In this document: one piece after another, positions 7,365 to 10,016 of the stretch | Numbering within the stretch: the first letter of the stretch is position 1 | How the letters are laid out: each line of letters opens with the position of its first letter | Origin: Chlamydiia bacterium | GTDB taxonomy: Bacteria; Chlamydiota; Chlamydiia; Chlamydiales; JBMOFD01 | DNA: 10,016 nt | Direction of reading: 5' to 3' | Assembly (NCBI GenBank): GCA_049314435.1 | Contig: JBMOFD010000068.1 | Span: 1 to 10,016 of the forward strand | Position numbers and translations under genes: made by a program | The notes under the pieces: model-generated | What the model was told of the DNA's origin: nothing | The model's database searches: none | What the model saw: only the letters and a program-made list of their open reading frames with translations

Positions 7365-7520
7365 GATCCATCTCCGGTTGGGTTTTCGAAAATGATGGAA
7401 GACCTCTCTGTTTTTCGTATTAAGACGATATCAAGTTGATCTGGGGAATCGGAGGGAATGCGTGTTCAAAGCAGGACTTTGATCGATTGCCTGAGAGCCG
7501 ACATTGCATCGGCGAGCTCT

Positions 7521-7582
7521 TACTAGGAAATTTACTAGGAAGAGCTAGGAAGGACAGGACCTTCCTAGTAAATTTCCTAGCT
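7521..7582. repeat. Repeat array copy 1: three direct and two inverted TACTAGGAA(A/G)-type units
   Basis: Direct units at 7521-7530 TACTAGGAAA, 7533-7542 TACTAGGAAG and 7543-7552 AGCTAGGAAG. Inverted units at 7561-7570 CTTCCTAGTA and 7573-7582 TTTCCTAGCT. 7523-7542 is the exact reverse complement of 7561-7580. Confidence 0.9.
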
Positions 7583-7604
7583 CAACGTTGCCGGAGTGCC
7601 GGAA

Positions 7605-8969
7605 TCAGACATCTGACACCCTGGCATATACTGCTTGGGGATCCCTCGGTGAGGTTGCCACCCGGTATAGGGTTCCTCCTTCCACCATCTTCTGCAAACG
7701 AGTCCGAGCCGTTCGGTTAGAAACACCCCAAATCTCTGCTGCGGACTGTGTGGAAATGGCTTCCTTCTCTTGCAGAACCGGGAGAAGATCTTCCTCCCAC
7801 GCGTAGGTCTCTCGCTGAGAAACGGCACCCGAATAGAGCGTAACTCGAAAATGCTGATCGAACTCGGCGATGTCTGGAGCCTTCAGGCCTCTCTTTCTAC
7901 AGAGTGACAGGATACGCTGTAATCCAGAACCCCACTGCTCGATCAGTCTCAGCTCCCTGAAAGCTCTCCCTAACACTCGATTACGAAGCCGAGAAAACCC
8001 GGCTAGAGCCTTCTCCATGGTTTGCCCAAACGGCAACCCACCCGGACTCAGAAACTCAATGCGATCATCGAAGATGGCCACCTGGATGTGACAGCCCTTC
8101 ATGCTATAGTCAGCATGGACGATCGCATTGATTAGAGCTTCTCGAAGAGCCTCTTTGGGGTATTCAGGGATATCTTTCCGATACATCCGGCCAATCCTTC
8201 CAGCGGAACGAGTATTGCGCTCGATGAACAAGAGGGCTTCATCGATCGATTGCACCAAAGGCGCCTCAATATCGCGTTGGTCTAGGATATGCTCTTTAGA
8301 AGCCCCTGAAAACCGAGCGCAGCGGATCAGAGAGTCTGGAAAGAACTTTAGACGGTCGGGGTCAAACAGAAGGGTCCCGCCTACCGTGGCACACTTTCTT
8401 CCTAGGTGTTCGGTGTAAATGCCAAGAGTCGCTATCGATTGCTCTGTCCAGCTCCTTCCCGCATCTTTGAACGTCTTCTCCACCGTCGGCTCATCGATAC
8501 GCCCCCCTGGCTGTGGAGATTCATCAAACGTCCGGTTCCGAGAAACAAGCCGTAGTGACAGAAGCAGTTCACCATCTGCCTTACGATTCGTCGATCCGAA
8601 GCGCACGTACACACCCTCTTCTTCTCCCTTGCTCTTTAGAAAGAATGGGCCTGCGGTGTGGGGGACCGTGATGACCAATAGCTCCTTGTTCTTCACAGTC
8701 TGAATATCGATATCTGGAAGTATGAGTGGTGCAATGCTGTCACTGATGACACTGGTGAGTCGCTCCTCCTGAGCTAAGGGATCCTCAACGCCAATGATCT
8801 CCCTCGTCTGATCTCGGACTCCAACGACAAGCACTCCGCCAGCTGTATTAGCAAAGGCGATCACCGATTTGATGATCCCCTGCATATTGTTGCAATTTTC
8901 TTTGAACTCTAGGGTTCTTCCCTCCGGCTGATGGAGATATTTAGGTAGTGCTGGCCGATCAGTTTCCAT
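7605..8969 (-). CDS. AlbA_2 (Schlafen-like) + HATPase_c_4 ('RecG C-terminal-like') + winged-HTH protein
   Basis: N-terminal PEGRTLEFKE, AFANTAGGVLVVGVRD and YVRFGSTN (AlbA_2). Central PEYPKEALREALINAIVHADY, DDRIEFLSPGGLP, RNRVLGRAF and IEQWGSGL (HATPase_c_4). C-terminal HTH AAEIWGVSNRTARTRLQKMVEGG. ATG 8969 is preferred over TTG 8975. Confidence 0.9.
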   Translation of the reverse strand: METDRPALPKYLHQPEGRTLEFKENCNNMQGIIKSVIAFANTAGGVLVVGVRDQTREIIGVEDPLAQEERLTSVISDSIAPLILPDIDIQTVKNKELLVITVPHTAGPFFLKSKGEEEGVYVRFGSTNRKADGELLLSLRLVSRNRTFDESPQPGGRIDEPTVEKTFKDAGRSWTEQSIATLGIYTEHLGRKCATVGGTLLFDPDRLKFFPDSLIRCARFSGASKEHILDQRDIEAPLVQSIDEALLFIERNTRSAGRIGRMYRKDIPEYPKEALREALINAIVHADYSMKGCHIQVAIFDDRIEFLSPGGLPFGQTMEKALAGFSRLRNRVLGRAFRELRLIEQWGSGLQRILSLCRKRGLKAPDIAEFDQHFRVTLYSGAVSQRETYAWEEDLLPVLQEKEAISTQSAAEIWGVSNRTARTRLQKMVEGGTLYRVATSPRDPQAVYARVSDV

Positions 8970-8984
8970 AAACAATCCCGTGTC

Positions 8985-9046
8985 TACTAGGAAATTTACT
9001 AGGAAGTACTCGGAAGGTCAAGGCTTCCGAGTACTCCCTTCGAGTT
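8985..9046. repeat. Repeat array copy 2, upstream of the AlbA_2 gene
   Basis: 8985-9006 TACTAGGAAATTTACTAGGAAG is identical to 7521-7542. It continues with TACTCGGAAG (9007-9016), inverted CTTCCGAGTA (9024-9033) and a degenerate fifth unit (9037-9046). Perfect 12-bp hairpin 9005-9016/9024-9035. Confidence 0.9.
8993..9021 (-). promoter_or_regulatory. Putative sigma70/sigma66 promoter of the AlbA_2 gene, embedded in the repeat array
   Basis: Minus strand TTGACC (9021-9016)-N17-TAAATT (8998-8993), 23 nt upstream of ATG 8969. Confidence 0.65.
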
Positions 9047-9070
9047 GCTCTGAATAAGCCCAGGTTCCGC

Positions 9071-9099
9071 TCGCACGAATTACCTCGTTTCACTATCAT
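9071..9099 (+). promoter_or_regulatory. Putative promoter for tRNA-His/ftsK
   Basis: TCGCAC-N17-TATCAT, 33 nt upstream of the tRNA. Confidence 0.35.
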
Positions 9100-9132
9100 G
9101 GTGGCTCCGTTTCGGCGGACAAGTCTTTCGAT

Positions 9133-9207
9133 GGCGAGCGTAGCTCAGTTGGTTAGAGCACTGGATTGTGGTTCCAGATGTCGCGGGTTCGAGCCCCGTC
9201 GTTCGCC
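9133..9207 (+). tRNA. tRNA-His (anticodon GUG)
   Basis: G(-1)-GCGAGCG-TAGCTCAGTTGGTTAGAGCA-CTGGA-TTGTGGT-TCCAG-ATGTC-GCGGG-TTCGAGC-CCCGT-CGTTCGC-C. It has the His-specific G-1:C73 pair. The full CCA is not encoded (followed by CAT). Confidence 0.97.
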
Positions 9208-9270
9208 CATCTCTTGCTAAACATCTCTCAGGGCCTCAATATTCCCCTCGGGCACCCATGAGGCTGGTGG

Positions 9271-10016
9271 ATGGCAAAATCACGCGTTCAACGACCTACA
9301 ATCAAGTCTCCACGCAAGCGTAGCGATCCTAAGCCTCTCTCTGCAGAAGCCAAGGGCTTAGCTCTCTTGCTTGTCTCCATTCTCGGACTCATGGCGTTGG
9401 GCTCCTTTCGCCTGGAGCATGAAGAGAGCAACTGGCTAGGCCTTCTAGGCTACCGCTGGGCTCTTGGCATGCACTTCCTACTAGGCTACGGCAGCTACCT
9501 GCTCTATGGGTACCTGATGTGGAATGCCTGGAGGCTTCTCCATAAGAAGGATCAGGCCCTAGGAAGTCTGCAACATATGGCCTTTGGAATTGGCCTCTGC
9601 AGCTTCTGCTTCCTTCTCAACATCCTATCGGAAAGCTGGCCTTCCCTGGCCAAGGAGATGCGAGAGCTGAGCTGGAGCACTCCGGTCCACTCGCCGATTC
9701 GAGGGGTGCCCTCCACATTGAGAGCGGCACTGGGCGGCCAGCCTACCTACCTCTTCTTGAAGGATCTGCCCTACCTCAACCTCCTACGTGTGCTTAGCCC
9801 TATTGGCTGTACGGTGGTCTTCGGCCTGCTTCTCTCCACAGCTATGATTCTCCTCTGGGAGATCCGGCCTACTGACCTCTTTCTAGCCCTGAGAGATCGC
9901 TGGCGCCTGTTGAGAGAGCAGAGGATGGCTATGCTCCTAGCTGAGCCTCTGCTGGTGGATGAGGAGCGCCCAATGGGGACTGTCTCTAAGCCACAGCCCT
10001 CACAAGATGGCGGTCT
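9271..10016 (+). CDS. ftsK: DNA translocase FtsK, N-terminal membrane (4TM) domain; runs off the window
   Basis: Not in the ORF track because it has no stop in the window. Manual translation gives MAKSRVQRPTIKSPRKRSDPKPLSAEAKGLALLLVSILGLMALGSF...NWLGLLGYRWALGMHFLLGYGSYLL...LGGQPTYLFLKDLPYLNL. The basic N-terminus, NWxGxxG motif and TM helices fit FtsK_4TM. The motor domain is not visible. Confidence 0.75.
   Translation, partial: MAKSRVQRPTIKSPRKRSDPKPLSAEAKGLALLLVSILGLMALGSFRLEHEESNWLGLLGYRWALGMHFLLGYGSYLLYGYLMWNAWRLLHKKDQALGSLQHMAFGIGLCSFCFLLNILSESWPSLAKEMRELSWSTPVHSPIRGVPSTLRAALGGQPTYLFLKDLPYLNLLRVLSPIGCTVVFGLLLSTAMILLWEIRPTDLFLALRDRWRLLREQRMAMLLAEPLLVDEERPMGTVSKPQPSQDGG

Noticed and set aside
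7436..8703. ORFs 7436-7720, 7577-7828, 7588-7806, 7870-8091, 8128-8418, 8419-8703 and 8432-8614
   Set aside because: These are antisense or alternate-frame shadows of the AlbA_2 gene. The LLGNLLG stretch in 7436-7720 is simply the translated repeat array.
7605..8969. Calling the gene recG helicase
   Set aside because: There are no SF2 helicase motifs (DExH). It carries only the HATPase_c_4 domain that often triggers this misannotation.
7521..9046. Repeat arrays as a CRISPR array, IS terminal repeats, dif site or integron attC
   Set aside because: The units are 10-12 bp with no unique spacers and there are no cas genes. No transposase or evident target-site duplication is present. The sequence does not match the XerC/D dif consensus or the RYYYAAC...GTTRRRY attC ends.
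9133..9207. tRNA-His or tRNA-Arg as an integration site of an island
   Set aside because: No duplicated tRNA 3' fragment or integrase was seen, and the AlbA_2 cassette lies 5' of the tRNA.

Overview
This is bacterial chromosomal DNA of roughly mid-50s % GC by eye, probably from an environmental Chlamydiota lineage. That assignment is an inference from the rluD-khpA gene order, the chlamydia-like KhpA sequence and the tRNA genes lacking an encoded CCA. The housekeeping backbone is rluD, khpA, tRNA-Arg(UCU), folK, tRNA-His(GUG) and the 5' part of ftsK. Accessory or poorly characterised genes lie between them: an AAA_14/DUF4143 ATPase, a ~850-aa protein with a highly divergent but near-complete family II (DHH/DHHA2) pyrophosphatase motif set and two CBS-like repeats, a small Cys/His-rich metallothionein-like protein, a hydrophobic Inc-like protein, and an AlbA_2(Schlafen)-HATPase_c_4-HTH gene. 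The most striking non-coding signal is a ~62-bp array of five TACT(A/C)GGAA(A/G) units on each side of the AlbA_2 gene (7521-7582 and 8985-9046). The two arrays share a 22-bp exact direct repeat and a 20-bp exact inverted repeat, show a compensatory base change, and the upstream copy overlaps a sigma70-type promoter. No CRISPR array, transposase or integrase is visible. All family assignments come from motif recognition by eye, not from database searches.
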